This document shows positions 1-24,473 of a stretch of DNA of 64,000 nucleotides, piece by piece. The position numbers and the translations under genes are program-made. How positions within the stretch are numbered: the stretch's first letter is position 1; each line of letters begins with the position of its first letter. The notes under the pieces were generated by a model. It ran no database searches. It was not told the origin of the DNA and saw only the letters and a program-made list of their open reading frames with translations. The stretch is from the human T2T-CHM13v2.0 reference genome, Homo sapiens: the NCBI RefSeq assembly GCF_009914755.1, contig NC_060925.1. One strand, given 5' to 3'.

Positions 1-2
1 AT

Positions 3-372
<370 letters not shown>

Positions 373-1331
373 TTAGTATGTTTGCAAGAATGGCCTTATA
401 CATAAATTTTTTAAAAAGAAAAGTTAATATGTAAAATGTTATAAAAGGTATTATAGAATATTGTATAGATATTATATTTTCTAAAACAGCATATTTTAAT
501 GGCAAATGTGCAGCCTAAATACTATAATGGGAAAAGCATGAGACAAACTAATGAAAATCTAGGTGGCTAAAATCTATTTTGTATCTGATCTGTAATGGGT
601 CATTTATCTAAGTCTGTTTATTATTTTCGTGAAGTGGTGCTAATAGTAACTACCTTGAAGAATTATTAAGAGTATAAATAATATATAGAAGTATATCAAA
701 ATGCTTTGTAAATTGAAAGTCTCTACAGGAAGATTTGTTACTATTATTGGTATAAAGCCAATTCATACACCCTTCCCAATGCAGACCAAGTATTTTCTAA
801 TACATGCTTAAGGAGGCATGTACTTTTCTTTTTTGATGTTTAGTTGTCCTTATTTTAAAGTGAAACAAATTAGTTATAAAATCCTTTGCTCCAAGTAGAA
901 ACTATGTATATTACAAATGTTTTTTGCTTGGTTTTGAGTTTTAAAGATTACTGTAGTAGTTATTTCTAATATCATAAATAATTATTTCTCAGAAAGTTGA
1001 ATTTGTAATGCAATATTTACACAAATTGAATAAGTGAAAAATGATAGTTTATTAATTATACCAGTATTGTTAAAATTTATTTTTAAAATAAGGCAATCAG
1101 TCTTTTCTGATTTTAAGGAACATTTTGAAACATTTCTAGCCTAATTAGTCTTTTTCTGTTTAAGCAGGTTGATTTCATTTAGAATAGTCTTTTCTATTCT
1201 TGATTATCATGAAAATATTGCTAATTCCTAATTACATATAACACTGTGTGGATGATAGCAACTCAGAATTTCTTTATAGCATTATCCTGCCCATTCTGAC
1301 ATTGTCCTTATAATTAAGAGTTGGCTTGTGA

Positions 1332-1670
<339 letters not shown>

Positions 1671-1956
1671 CCATCAAAAAGATGACTACATTAAGGGAAA
1701 ATGTTCATGAAGAAACACAGAGGTTGAAATATAAAACCTTCAACATAATACTGAATGACTTTTTTCTTTTGAAACCTTGTATACAATCAGCTTCTGAGTC
1801 TCTTAACATGTCCATGCTAATATTGCTTTTTTTGTTCTTTACCATAGAGCGGCTCTACTTCCCTTGCTGGTTCTTATTTCTAGAAACAAAATTAGGAAGA
1901 ACTAGAGTGATGTCATGAACATTAAGCTTAACTTATTGTATCTCATCCAAAGACAT

Positions 1957-2382
<426 letters not shown>

Positions 2383-2543
2383 TCAATTTTATTTCAGTGT
2401 GGGTAGGGCTGGGAGGAATATCAGTTTTTCTGAATTTAAAACACATAAATTACTTACAATTCAAATATTACCATGTTATGCTTTTAGTAAGCAGTATAAT
2501 TTTGCTCCTGCAAGATAGCTTGAAATGCTGAATCCAGAAAAGA

Positions 2544-2854
<311 letters not shown>

Positions 2855-4535
2855 TCATTTTCCTTTCCTATCTCTATTTCTCAGAATGTTCCTCACCCTC
2901 ACTCTACTGTGATAAAAATGCTTGCAGGCACCTGACTCACACTGGATGATTTAGAGTTTCTCTCCAGTCTATGAGACCCTTGGTCAAATTTCTATTTACA
3001 GTTCTGAGGGATGTCTGACACTCGCTATGTAATCTTTTCTTTTTTCTTTTTTTTCCTAAACATTCTCCATGAAATTAATCCCCTTGGGAAAAAACGACTC
3101 ATTAACAAGTATATTAGCTTTTGTGCTTAAATTACCCATACTAAGACCTATTCATACCTTCCTGAGAGATAAATCATACCTCCTACAATAAATGCAATGA
3201 ACTTTCCCTCAAATAACATAATAGCATTACCCAGGCCTATCATTCCTATCCCAAGAGCAAATGTAAAAGGAGTTAGAACCACTCTCTCTTTTGAAGCACC
3301 TGGTCATTTTTACACAGCGTGCTATGGGTTCTAGCACATCTATTGCTATCCTCACCTAAATCTAAGTAAGCTCAAGCTCTTTAAGGAGCAGTAAAAACAA
3401 AAATTTTAATTGGCCTCTGTCTCTTGGCACCCTGAAACCTGTTTTACTCTCGATCCCAGAGAAGGAAATTATTTCTAATTTTGGTGATGTCCTAAAACTT
3501 CCCTAGGAATTTGGGATTGGAGATAAGAGATTCTGGCTTTCATCTGACTCTTCTCTGGAATAGAGGAAATACAAACTGGGGAACTATGGGTTGCCATTCC
3601 TACCATGTGGCTTAGGAAGGAAAAAAAAACCAAAAACACCAAATCTGCAGTGAGGGAGCAATGAAACATTTGCAAAATGAAAACTGGAGATGAGAGATTA
3701 GAAGAATGTGATTTCTGGCTTTCTAACAATGCTCTCTTCCCTTGTCCCAGCCTTCATGAAGTATGGCTATAAAGCCTACTCTTGGCTTGGTAAGGTATTC
3801 TTGTATCCTAATTATAAAATCCCCTTTTTGCTTAAACTAGCAAGATTTGATTTGTATTAATGGCCACAGTCCCGAAGGCCTAGCTTCAACTGTTGTTCTT
3901 GGCTTTGTTAAGGAACCCTTGTAATTTTATAAGAAATCCCCCTTTTGGTATAAACTAGAAAGACCTTTGTTTCTATTCCTACAATCAAAGCATCATGCCT
4001 GACCAAATTCTTGTTTATATTACAAATTATAAATAGATTTATGCATATAAAGTAATTGTTATCCCATAATAATATAATAAATTGAATGTCTTTCTTTTTT
4101 TTTTTTTTGAGACAGAGTCTCACTCTGTCACCCGGGCTAGAGTGCAATGGTGTGATCTCAGCTCATTGCAACCTCCGCTTCCCAGGTTCAAGCGATATCT
4201 CCTGCCTCCGCCTCCTGAGTAGCTGGGACTACAGACATGTGCCAACACGTCCAGCTAATTTTTGTATTTTTAGTAGAGACGGGGTTTCACCATGTTGGCC
4301 AGGCTGGTCTTGAACTCCTGACCTCAAGTGATCCACCCACCTAGGCCTCCCAAAGTGCTGGGATTACAGGCGTGAGCCACCACGCCTGGCCATAAATGGA
4401 ATGTATTTCCTAAAAACTTAACACATTTACTTGTTTATTAAAATCTTACTCCATATCATAGGTATATACACTGTTCTATTTGAAAAGTCCTGTGAACAAT
4501 ACTTACGAAATTATGCCAGTCTAGAGTAATCTCAT

Positions 4536-4940
4536 TTTCAAGAACTATAAAGGATCTGAGATTTCACTCTTTATGCAAGCTGACAAGGTATCCTGCAATA
4601 GTTTCATGTCTTTTGCGTTAGAAACAAGAGGCAGTTTATTGTTCATAGCAATAACAGTAGTCAGAGTTATCATCATTTTTGACATCCTTTTGCATTATTT
4701 CCTGGGCCTGCTGTTCCTGCAGGCTGATGTGAAAGAGGGTCAAGATAATGCCTGCACCAAGAGTGGGTTGCATTACAGGAAGGAGTTTAGGGAACCAAAT
4801 ATTTTCAAATGGACGGTAATGCATACCTGCCCTTTGTACCAGAGGGAGCCACTGTCTCTGTCTTCCAGGGTTGTTCACTATATGAACATCCTTGAAAAGA
4901 TAGTTTGGAACATAGGCAATCTGTTTCTGCTCACAGACAT
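4536..4940 (-). mobile_element. ERV1-class solo LTR relic (MER90-like)
   Basis: tcaagaactataaaggatctgagatttcactctttatgcaagctgacaag resembles the recalled MER90-family LTR end; minus-strand AATAAA near 4635. Right boundary approximate. Confidence 0.55.
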
Positions 4941-5167
4941 GCAGAAATGTAAGAGACCCACAGTTGACATTGACATAGGGTATTAATTACAGATCTTTTG
5001 ATTACATATACCTGAAAAGCAACTCAAGTTAGCTTGAGGAGAAAAATTTTGTTTCTTAAACAGAATCCAAATAATGTTTGAACAACTAAATGTAGGAAGT
5101 ACAAGGTTGTAACCTGGTCTCAGGAACAGGTGTAACAGGTTCAAATTCCATCAGGACTTTCCCTATT

Positions 5168-6708
<1,541 letters not shown>

Positions 6709-8976
6709 TGAAACCTCCAAATAAAAACAATAGCAGAGTGATGTTGACAAGACATCCCTCTACAGCAATAGTAATTTAACAGGCATCCACAGACAAAAGT
6801 TCCTTTGTTAAGCTTTGGGATCCAGGTAGGAGTTTGTGAAAACCTGGTGCAGCCCAAGACCAAAGAGGGCCTTTTCTTTTTTTTCTTTGAGACAGGGTCT
6901 CACCCTGCCACCCAGGCTGGAGTGCAGTGACATGATCACAGCTCACTGTAGCCTTAAACTCCTGGGTTCAAGCAATCCTCCCATCTCAGCCTCTTAAGTA
7001 GCTAGGCCTACAGGTGTGTTCCACCATGCCCAGCTAATTTTTTTTATTTTTTTCTAGAGACAGGGTCTTCCTATGTTTCCAGGCTGGTCTTGAATTCCTG
7101 GGCTCGAGCAAGCCTCCCAAAGTGCTGAGATTACAGGTATGAGCCACTGCACCTGGCCTAAAGAGGGCCTTTTGAGAGGGCAGAACTGCCCTTGCTGGCC
7201 CATCTGCAAATGACCCATTTTCCCTATTGACTCAGCTCTGAGTCCTGTTTGGCCCTAGTCCTGCTACTAGAACCATTAGCCCAGGGACCTGTGAGGAGTC
7301 ACACCCATTTATGCTTCAAGGTGACAGACCTGCTGACCTCAGTCCCCACAGTGTACTCAGAAATGGCTCTGAAACTTGACTGCAGCCCCTCTCAGCAGTG
7401 GTCAGAAATCAGAAGTCCTGCTGGTGGCATAGGGTCCCAGAAGGAGACATACCCACCTAAGTCCCCAGGGCCATTTTGCCAACCTTAGTTCCACAGCAGA
7501 CTCTGAAATAGTTGTGACACTTGGCTCCAGCGCCTCCCAATAATGGTCAGAGATTAGTACTGCTTATGACACAGGCACCCAGAGAGAGATGTGCCTGTCT
7601 GAGTCTGTGGAAAAGGCTTGCTGACCTCTGTCTGGCTGTGGACACTGAAATAACCCTGTGACTTCATTGTGTTCTCTCTCAGCCATGGACCAGGATAGTA
7701 CTGCCTGCCAAGAGACCCAGTAAGTGACCCAATAGGAAGCGTCCCAGGACACAGAGGAAGCCATACATGGCTGCATACCTAGTATCAGGCCCACTGTCTG
7801 CAGACCTTCAAGTGGATCTTCATCCAAGCACCAGCCCTGGAACAAGGTCCTAGAAACATTCTAATCTCCTTAGGGACCAGAAAGGATCCATACCCACTAG
7901 AGCTCCTGGTAACAGGCCTGCCATCTGCAGACCCCACTGCAGACACGGAAGCAACCATGTGACCCAGCTCCAACCATGGTCCCAGAGGCAATCTTATTAA
8001 CTTGAGAGCCTAATAGAAGTTCTTAACCTACTGATAGCAATCTATAAAGACTAGAAGTGGTGCTTGTGCCTTCAAATGCAGACACGAAAGCCAATCTACA
8101 TGGATAATGAAGAATCAGGCACACATCCTACCACCAAAGGAAACTAATAAAGCTCCAGCAACTGAATCTAAATAAATGAAGATCTACAAATTGCCTGAAA
8201 GAGAATTGAAAATAATTATCTTAAGTAAGCATAATGAGATGCAAGAAAATACAGATATACAACTAAATAAAATTAGGAAAACACTGCATGAACAAAATGA
8301 GACTTTAATAAAGAAATAGTAACCACGAAAAAGGAACCTAACAGAAATCCAGAAGCTGAAGGATACAGTCAAGAAAAGTGTAATAGAGAGCTTCAACAGC
8401 AGACTCAATCATGCAGAATAAGCAATTAGAAAACTCAAAGACAGGTCATTCAATATTAACCAATTAGAGGAACAACAACAACAAAAGGAATGAAGAAAGC
8501 ATAGGGAACCTAGGGGACGCCCTCAAGTGTATGAATGCACAAATTATGAGAATCCAAGGAGAAAGAGCCCTGTCTGAAACTCCCCAAGTCTTGGGAAGGA
8601 GATGAACATCTAGATTCATGAAGCTCAAGGAATCCCAAGAAAGATAAACCCAAAGAAGAATACGCTGAGGAATAGTACAGTCAAATTGTCAAAAATTACA
8701 GAGAATTTTGAAACTAGAGAAAGAAAATAAACTTATACAAGGTAAACTCCATAAGGCTAACAGACTTCTCAACATAGACTTGCAAGCCAGGAGGGAGTGG
8801 ATTGATACATTCAAGGTGTTGAAAGAAACAACTTTCAGCCATGAATACTATAACCAGCAAAGCTATCCTTCAGAAATAAAGGAAAGATAAAACTTTCCTA
8901 GACAAACAAAAGCTGAGGGAATTTATCACCACTAGACCAGCCTTTGAAGAATTGCTAAATGGAGTTCTTTGGGTTA

Positions 8977-9279
<303 letters not shown>

Positions 9280-9657
9280 TCAAATTCCATCTAAAAAAAA
9301 AGAAAAGAAAACATATGAAAGAAAAAAACTCAATAATAAATATATAGCCAAGTTCAGAATACTCTAATACTATAACAGTGGTATGCAAATCATTTTTATC
9401 TATACTATAAAAGTTAAAAGACAAAAGTATTAAAATAACTATAGCTAAAATAATTTTTACCAAAAACGCAATTTTAAAAGATGTAGTCTGGGTATGGTGG
9501 CTCACATCTGTAATCCTAGCACTTTTGGAGGCCAAGGTAGGAGGATCACTTGAGGCCAGGATTTGAGACTAGCCTGGGCAACATAATGAGACCCTATCTC
9601 TACAAAAATTTTTTTGAAACAACAAAACAAAACAAAAAAAGATGTAAATTGTGACAT

Positions 9658-10078
9658 TGTTCTGCAGTGGGCAGGCATATGCAGACCTACCCCCAAATTC
9701 CAAAGAAGCTGAAAGGCTGAAGAAAGAGACTGGCATATCCAGTTTCTCAGAAAGAAACATTTAATAGAGTCTTACAAGCAGAAGCCATGTCCCAGCAGCC
9801 ACAAGATGAGATGGTGGATCTCCACACCATTACTCTCCAGACCCAAGGCTTATATACCACAGGGAGGAATGTGTAGGACAATTGAAGTCAACCCCTCAGG
9901 GAAAGGCAAAAATGTTATGTGAATATGTATAAGGGCAAAATTTATGATCACGGTTGTTTTGACTTAAGGCCGGGATTGACAGTAGTTAAGGTAGAGGTCT
10001 TAGAGGCTTTCTCTGATTAACAAGGGTTAATCAGAAGTCAGCATGGCAGATTAGTATGCAAGATGGAGTTGCTCCACA
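9658..10078 (-). mobile_element. LTR47-like solo LTR inserted in L1
   Basis: TG...CA termini; minus strand begins TGTGGAGCAACTCCATCTTG; near-TSD gacat/gatat. Confidence 0.7.
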
Positions 10079-11323
10079 GATATCAGAAACAAAATTTGAG
10101 GGGAAGGAGTAAAAGTGTACAGTTTTTAAGATGTGATAAAAGTTGAGTTGTTTTTTGCTCAAAATAACTTGTTTTAACTATAAGATGTATGTAAGCCTCA
10201 CAGTACCCACAAAGAAAACACCTATACAAATACACAAAAGATGAAGAGAAAGGAATCAAAGCATACGATTATTGAAAATCATCAACTGACAAAGGAAAAC
10301 AGCAAAAGAAAAAGAAGAGAGCAAAAGATCAATGAAGTAATCATAAACACCAGGCTCGGTGGCTCACAAATGTAATCCCAGCACTTTGGGAGGTAAAGGT
10401 GGGTGGATTGCTTGAGCTCAGGAGTTTGAGACCAGCCTGGGCAACATGGCAAACCTTATCTCTACAAAATATTTAAAAATTAGCCAGGCATGGTGGCACA
10501 CACCTGTAGTCCCAGATACTTGGGGGCTGAGGCAGGAGGATCACTTGAGCCCAGGAGGTCAAGGCTTCAGTGAGCCAAGGTCATGCCACCCTTCTCCAGC
10601 CTGGGCAACAGAGCAAGACCCTGTCTCAAAAAAGAAAAAAAAAGAAAACCAAAGTAACCAGAAAACAACTAATAAAATAGCAGTAGCAGGTCCTTATCTA
10701 TGAATAATTACCTTGAATGTAAATGGATTAAATTCTATGGAGTGGCTGAATCAATTTAAAAGGAACACAAGATTCAACTATATGCTACATACAAGAGAAT
10801 CACTTTGGCTTTAAGGACACAGTGAAAGTGAAGAGATGGAAAGTGAAAGTGAAGAGATGGAAAAAAATTTTCTATGAAAATGGAAACTAAAGAGAACGGG
10901 TAGCTATACTAAAATCTGACAAAATAGACTTTAAGTCAAAAAAACTGTAAAAAGAGACAAAGAAAGATATTATATAATGATTAAAAGAGGTCAATTCAGT
11001 GAGAGAATATAACAATTATAAGTATCTATGCACCCAATAGTGGAGCACCCAAGTATATAAAGCAAACATTAATAGAATTAAAGGAAGACATAGACTTCAG
11101 TACAGTAATAGTAGGTGACTTTAGTACCCCACTCTCAGTAGTGAACAGACCATCCAGACAGAAAATCAACAAACTTAAACTATACACTAGACCAAATAGA
11201 CCTAACTGACAGTTACAGACCATTTCACCCAACTGCTGCAAAATACACATTCTTTTCATCAGCACATGGAACATTTTCCAGAAAGATCACTTGTTTGGCC
11301 ACAAAACAAGTCTTAACATCTTT

Positions 11324-12439
11324 TTTCTTTTTTTTAGTCTTTTTATTATTGTCTTTTTTTTTTTTTTTTTAATCGAAGATCCCTTACTGGCCCTGCTTCC
11401 ATGAGTAGCAATGATCAGGGGAAAAGGGAGAGGAAACAGCTGGCACAGGGAGGGATCATCTCCACAGCATTCCATTTATGCATAGAACTAAACAGACAAT
11501 CGCAGAGTCACTATTGCGGTTAGAAGTTGGCAGCATGGGAAGGGGGAGGAACAGGTGGGGAGTAGGGGTGTTGTTAAAAAAAAATACAGGCCACTCCACA
11601 ACTGGAGTTCCTGGGGGGAATTTGGTCTGCCTCAACCAAAGAGGAATCAGAAGATCAAAAGCAGTTTGGGAAGGCCAGAACCGTCAGGGATGGAGGGAGG
11701 AGGAAAATCCAAGGGGTGCGGGTTCTGTTTGGCAACTGGGGTGAAGGGATTGCCCTCCCTCTGCTGGGATCCCCCCAGCCCCTCTGGTCTGGCAGGAAGG
11801 GGGCAGCCTGCAACCCCCGAGGGCAGGTGTGGGGCTTCCAGATGCTCCAGGCAGTGGGCCAGAAGGGGCTCACAAAGGCTTGCCCTCCAGGGAGATGATG
11901 GCACTGCCCCCCAGCATCTCTGCCAGGGTGCAGTGGTCCTTGACATCCTCGTAGCAGTTTGCTTGTAATGCATGCTTGATCCCTGTCAGCTTCTTCTTGA
12001 TGGCGTCCTTGGAGCTGGCATAGATTATTTTGCTCTAAAGGGGTGCAGACTCAGGGGCCCAGAAGATAAACACCAGGTCCTCCTCCTTGCTCTCCTTGGT
12101 CTCGTAGGTTGTGTCATAGAGGGTGTAGCGGTAGTCCTTATATGGCAGCATCTTGACAAAGGTGGCATAGAGGTTGTTGACAGTCTGGCCCACATCGCCC
12201 ACCAGGATCTCCTTGCCCTCCTCCAGGATAATGTTCTTCTTGTCCTCACTCAGGCAGAAGAACACCACCTTCTTGCACTTCTTCACCTCCTCTGGCATTG
12301 AAGACTTATGCATCTTCATGTCCTTGAACACCTTGATGACACCATCAGAGACGGCCACCCCTGAGGCCATGTTTCCGGAAGTGAAAAGAAGAAGGCATGG
12401 AGAGCCTCAGAAGACACCGCTGCTAGGACCCACCTGAAC
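11324..12439 (-). pseudogene. CFL1P2: Processed cofilin-1 pseudogene (CDS relic 11870-12370)
   Basis: Intronless. [15 protein letters not shown]...[63 protein letters not shown], 501 nt like CFL1. Retains 5'UTR, 3'UTR and A tail. Perfect 17-bp TSD caagtcttaacatcttt at 11307-11323 and 12440-12456. The specific symbol is from recalled linkage to C1orf185. Confidence 0.93.
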
Positions 12440-12894
12440 CAAGTCTTAACATCTTTAAGAAGATTTGAATCAAATCAAGTATATTTTGTGGACAAAATGG
12501 CATGAAACTAGAAATCAACAAACAGGAGTAAATTTGGAAAATTCACAACTGTGTAAATTAAACAATGTGCTCCTGAACAACCAATGCATCAAAGAAGAAA
12601 TCAAAATGGAAATACAAACATATCTTGAAATGAGCTAAATAGAAACAAAATATCCCCAAAATTGTGGGATTCAACAAAAGCAGTTCTAAGAGGGAAGATT
12701 ATAGCAATAAACACGTACATTAAAATGGAAGAAAGATCTCAAATAAATAAGCTAATGTTATACCTCAAGGAACTAGAAAAAGGAGAACAAGCTAAGCCCA
12801 AAGTTAGTAGAAGAAATGAAATAAAGATCAGAGAAGAAATAAATCGATACTAGAAAAACAATAGAAAAGATGAACAAAACTAAAACTTAGAATT

Positions 12895-14177
12895 TTTGTA
12901 TTATATTTATTAATACACAATTATTATACGTATTTGGGATATTTTAGTATTTCGATACATGTATACAATGTGTAATGATCAAATTAACATTATTGAGACA
13001 TCCCTCACCTCAAACATTTATCTTTTCTTTGTGCTGGGAACATTATACTTCTTAGCTATTTTGAAATACATAATACATTGTTGTTAACTATAGTCACCCT
13101 ACTCTACTAGCAAACATTTTAACTTATGGCTTCTATCTAACTGTATGTTAGTAGCCATTAACCAACTTCTCTTCACCCACCTCTCCACCATTCCTTTCCC
13201 AGCCTCTGGTAACCACCCTTCCACTCTCTACCTCCGTTAGATCCACTTTTTAAGCTCTCACGAATGAGTGAGAACATAAAATGTCTCTCTGTGCCTGGCT
13301 TATTTCACTTAACATAATGATTTCTAGTTCCATCCATGTTGCTGCAATGACAGGATTTTATTTTTTTATGGCTGAATAGTATTCCATTGTGTATATATAC
13401 CACATTTTCTTATTTATTCATCCTTTGATGGACACCTAGGTTGATTCCATCTCTTGGCTATTGTGAATAGTGCTAGTGCTGCAATAAACACAGGAGTGCA
13501 GGTAGTCTTCAGTATACAGATTTCCCATCTTTTGGATCTATCCCTAGCAGTGGAATTGCTGGATCATATGGCAGTTCTGTCTTTAAGTTTTGGAGGAACC
13601 ACCATGCTGTTTTTCACAGTGGTTGTACTACTTTACATTCCTACTACAGTCTACAATAGTTCTCCTTTCTCTGCATTTTCACCAGCATGTGTTATTTTTT
13701 GTCCTTTTTATAATAGCCATTTTAACTATGGTGAGATAATATCTCATTGTGGTTGTGATTAGCATTTTCCTGATGATAAGTAATACTGAGTATTTTTAAA
13801 TATACCTGTTGGCCATTTGTATGTTTTGAGAAATGTCTATTCAGGTCTTTAGCTCATTTTTTAATCATTTTTTTCTTTTACTCTTGAGTTGTTTGAGTTT
13901 CTTACATATTCTGGTTATTAATCCCTTGTTGGATTGATAGCTTACAAATATTTTTTCCCATTTTGTAGGTTGTCTCTTCACTTTATTGATTGTTTCATTA
14001 ACTGCAACAGAAGCTTTTTGGCTTGATGCAATCCCATTTGCCTATTTGTGCTTTTGTTGCCTGTGCTTTTGAGGTCTTACCCAAAAAAAATCTTCGCTTA
14101 GACCAATGTCCTAGAGTGTTTCTCCAATGTTTTTGTCTATTAGTTTCATAGTTTTAGATCTTACATTTAAGCCTTTA
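12895..14177 (-). mobile_element. Antisense L1MA-type 3' fragment
   Basis: Typical L1MA 3'UTR and ORF2 end in reverse (catgtatacaatgtgtaatgatcaaat; ggcttatttcacttaacataatg). Confidence 0.8.
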
Positions 14178-15158
14178 ATCCAAGAGTCCCCAACCCCCAG
14201 GCCATGGACCAGTACTGGTCAACGCAATCTCTATCAAAATCTCAATATCACTTTTCACAAAAATAGAAAAAAAAACATAAAGTTAATATGGAATCACAAA
14301 AGCCCCCTAATAACCAAGGCAATCTTTTTTCTTTTCTTTTTTTTTCTTTTTGAAACAGGTTCTCGCTCTGTCACCCAGGCTGGAGTGCAGTGGCACAATC
14401 CCGGCACACTGCAACCTTCACCTCCCTGGCTCAAATGACCCTCCTGCCTCCAATCTACAGAGAAGCTGGGACCACAGGCATGTACCAGCAGACTGGCTAA
14501 TTTTTGTATTTTTAGTAGAGGTGGGGTTTCTCCATGTTACCCAGGCTGGTCTCAAACTCCTGAACCCAAGTGATCCACCCACCTTGGCCTCCCAAAGTGC
14601 TGGGATTACAGGTGTGTACCACTGCGCCTGGCCAGTCAAGGCAATCTTTAGCAAAATGCACAAAGCTGGATGCATTACCTTACGTTACCTCAAAATCTAC
14701 CATAAAACTATAGTAATCAAAAAAATATGGTACTGGCGTAAAAACAGACACATAAACAAATGGAACAGAAAAGGTGCTCAACGTCACTAATCATCAAGGA
14801 AATGCAAATTAAAACAACAATGAAATGAAATATCATCGTTTGCTTGTTAGGAAGACTTTTATCAAAAAGAGAAAAAGTAAGTGTCTGCTGAGGTACAGAG
14901 AAAAGGGAACCCTTGTATGCTGTTAGTGGGAATGCAGATTGGTGCAGCCAGTGTGAAAAACAGTATGGAGATTCCTTTAAAAACTGAAAATAGAACTATT
15001 ATATGATCCAGCAATGCCTCTTCTGGATATATACCCAAAGGAAATGAAATAACCCCTGGTAAAGATATCTACACCCCCATGTTCATTACAAACATTATTT
15101 ATGATAACCATCATATGGAAACAACCAAAGTGCCCATTGACAAATGAAAGAGTAAAAA

Positions 15159-18356
<3,198 letters not shown>

Positions 18357-18916
18357 AATACATAAGTATATAATATATATATTATATAGGATTATTATGC
18401 ATATTATATACAGGAATATTATTCAGCTTTAAAAAAGAAGGAGATCCTACCATTTACCACAACATGGATGGATTTGGAGGACATTATGCCAAGTGAAATA
18501 AGGCAGTTACAGAAAGGAAAATACTACATGATCTCACTTATATATGGAATATTAAACAAACAAATACATACGAATAAAGAGTAGAATGGTGCTTACCAGT
18601 GGCAGGGGTGGGTCATGGGAAGATGTATATCAAATGGTACAAAATTGCAGTTATGTGTGATGAATAAGTCTCAGATCTAATGTACAACATGAGGACTATA
18701 GTTAATAATATTGTATACTGATAATTTGCCAAAAGAGTAGGTTTTAAGTACTCTTACCATAACAAGAAAAAAAAGGGAGAAAAGGTAAATGTATGAGATA
18801 ATGGGTATATTAATTTGCTTGACTGTGGTAATCCCTTCACTATGTATATGTAGATCAAGATAAGTACAGCAAAACATCATGTTATACATTCTAAATATAT
18901 ACAATAAAAAATAGCA

Positions 18917-23010
<4,094 letters not shown>

Positions 23011-23605
23011 TTAAAGTCTGTCTCCACTGTGGTTGACAACAGCTGAAGCGTCTGCTTGGCTCTTTCAGTTCCCAGCTGTTGTTTTCTCCAGATCCCTTGG
23101 ATTTTCACCCATGCATGTACAGTTCAAAAGTGAGCCAAGGATTTGAGGGGCATTTATATACAAATTTGGGGCTCTGACATCCACATCTCCCTCCTTTCTA
23201 GGATTTTCTCCCTTCCTTAATTTCCAGGCGCTCTGGCAGTTTGAAATTCCTTTTCTAATTCCTCAGGTCAATAAGACTCTAGCTTTCTGCTTTCAGATCT
23301 AGCCTCCAGGTATTACAGAAAGTCGGGAATATCCTAAGTGGGAAAGCCTATTAAACATATATCTTAACTAATGTATTATTGTTTCCTTCTTTCAAATGCC
23401 AAATCTCCAGCTTCTGCTCTGTTTTAGTGGCCCTTCAGTTCATAATCGTTATCTGCAGGAGAATTTATTCAGTATAAGCAATTATGTCATTACCAGAACT
23501 TTCTACTTTTTTTCGGTAGTTTTTCAATTATTTCTCAAGCATATTATTGAGGGCAACTGTCATATGTAATCAGTCTACTATCTTTTTTTTTTTTTTTTTT
23601 TTTGA

Positions 23606-23746
<141 letters not shown>

Positions 23747-24077
23747 TGATCAGCCTACTATCTTGAAAGCAGTGTTCCAGTTTTACAGTCTCTAAAGGCC
23801 TCCAACCATTGATCAAACCAATATCTAAAAATTTTACCCTTCTAGGTCCTAGCAAGCAAGAAGGGGTGGTAAATTTATCTAATGGCTGAATTTCAGGCAA
23901 AAGAAAATCCATGATGCCCTGTTCTTATTTCAATATTGATTGGCCTCACAGCAGATGTGGAAACTAAGAAAGAGAATTGAAAAGAATGACATATCACCAT
24001 AATTGTATGATATGTCTTTAAGTTATAGTAGTTTACCTTAAAATGCTATTATAGTATATTTGTATACATTTTGTATA

Positions 24078-24473
24078 CAGTAATGCACCATATAATTTTT
24101 CAGTCAACAATGGACCACATATATGACCATGGTCCCATAAGATTACAGTGGAGCTGAAAAATTCCTGTTGCCTAGTGATGTTGTACCCATTATAACATAA
24201 TAGCACAACATATTGCCTTTTCTATGTTTAAATACATTTAGATACACCAATATTTACCATTGTGTTACAATTTTGTACAGTATGCAGTACATTAACATGC
24301 TATACAGTTTTGTAGCTTAGAAGCTATAGGCTATATGCTGTATAGCCTAGGTATGTAGTAGGTTATACCATCTAGGTTTGTGTAAGTACACTCCATGATG
24401 TTTGCACAATGATGAAATCACCTAATGACACATTTCTCAAACCATATCCCTGTTGTTAAGCAATGCATGACTG
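24078..24473 (+). mobile_element. Tigger3/MER7-type non-autonomous DNA transposon
   Basis: TIRs CAGTAATGC...GCATGACTG with TA on both sides. Confidence 0.85.

Noticed and set aside
4573-4986. 137-aa + strand ORF with a hydrophobic stretch
   Set aside because: Lies within a MER90-like LTR relic and resembles no protein I recognise.
12035-12370. Functional cofilin gene
   Set aside because: Intronless, with TSD, A tail, many CpG-type substitutions and a premature stop; called a pseudogene.
11478-12437. Several overlapping ORFs on both strands
   Set aside because: Alternative or antisense frames of the GC-rich CFL1 retrocopy and its 3'UTR.
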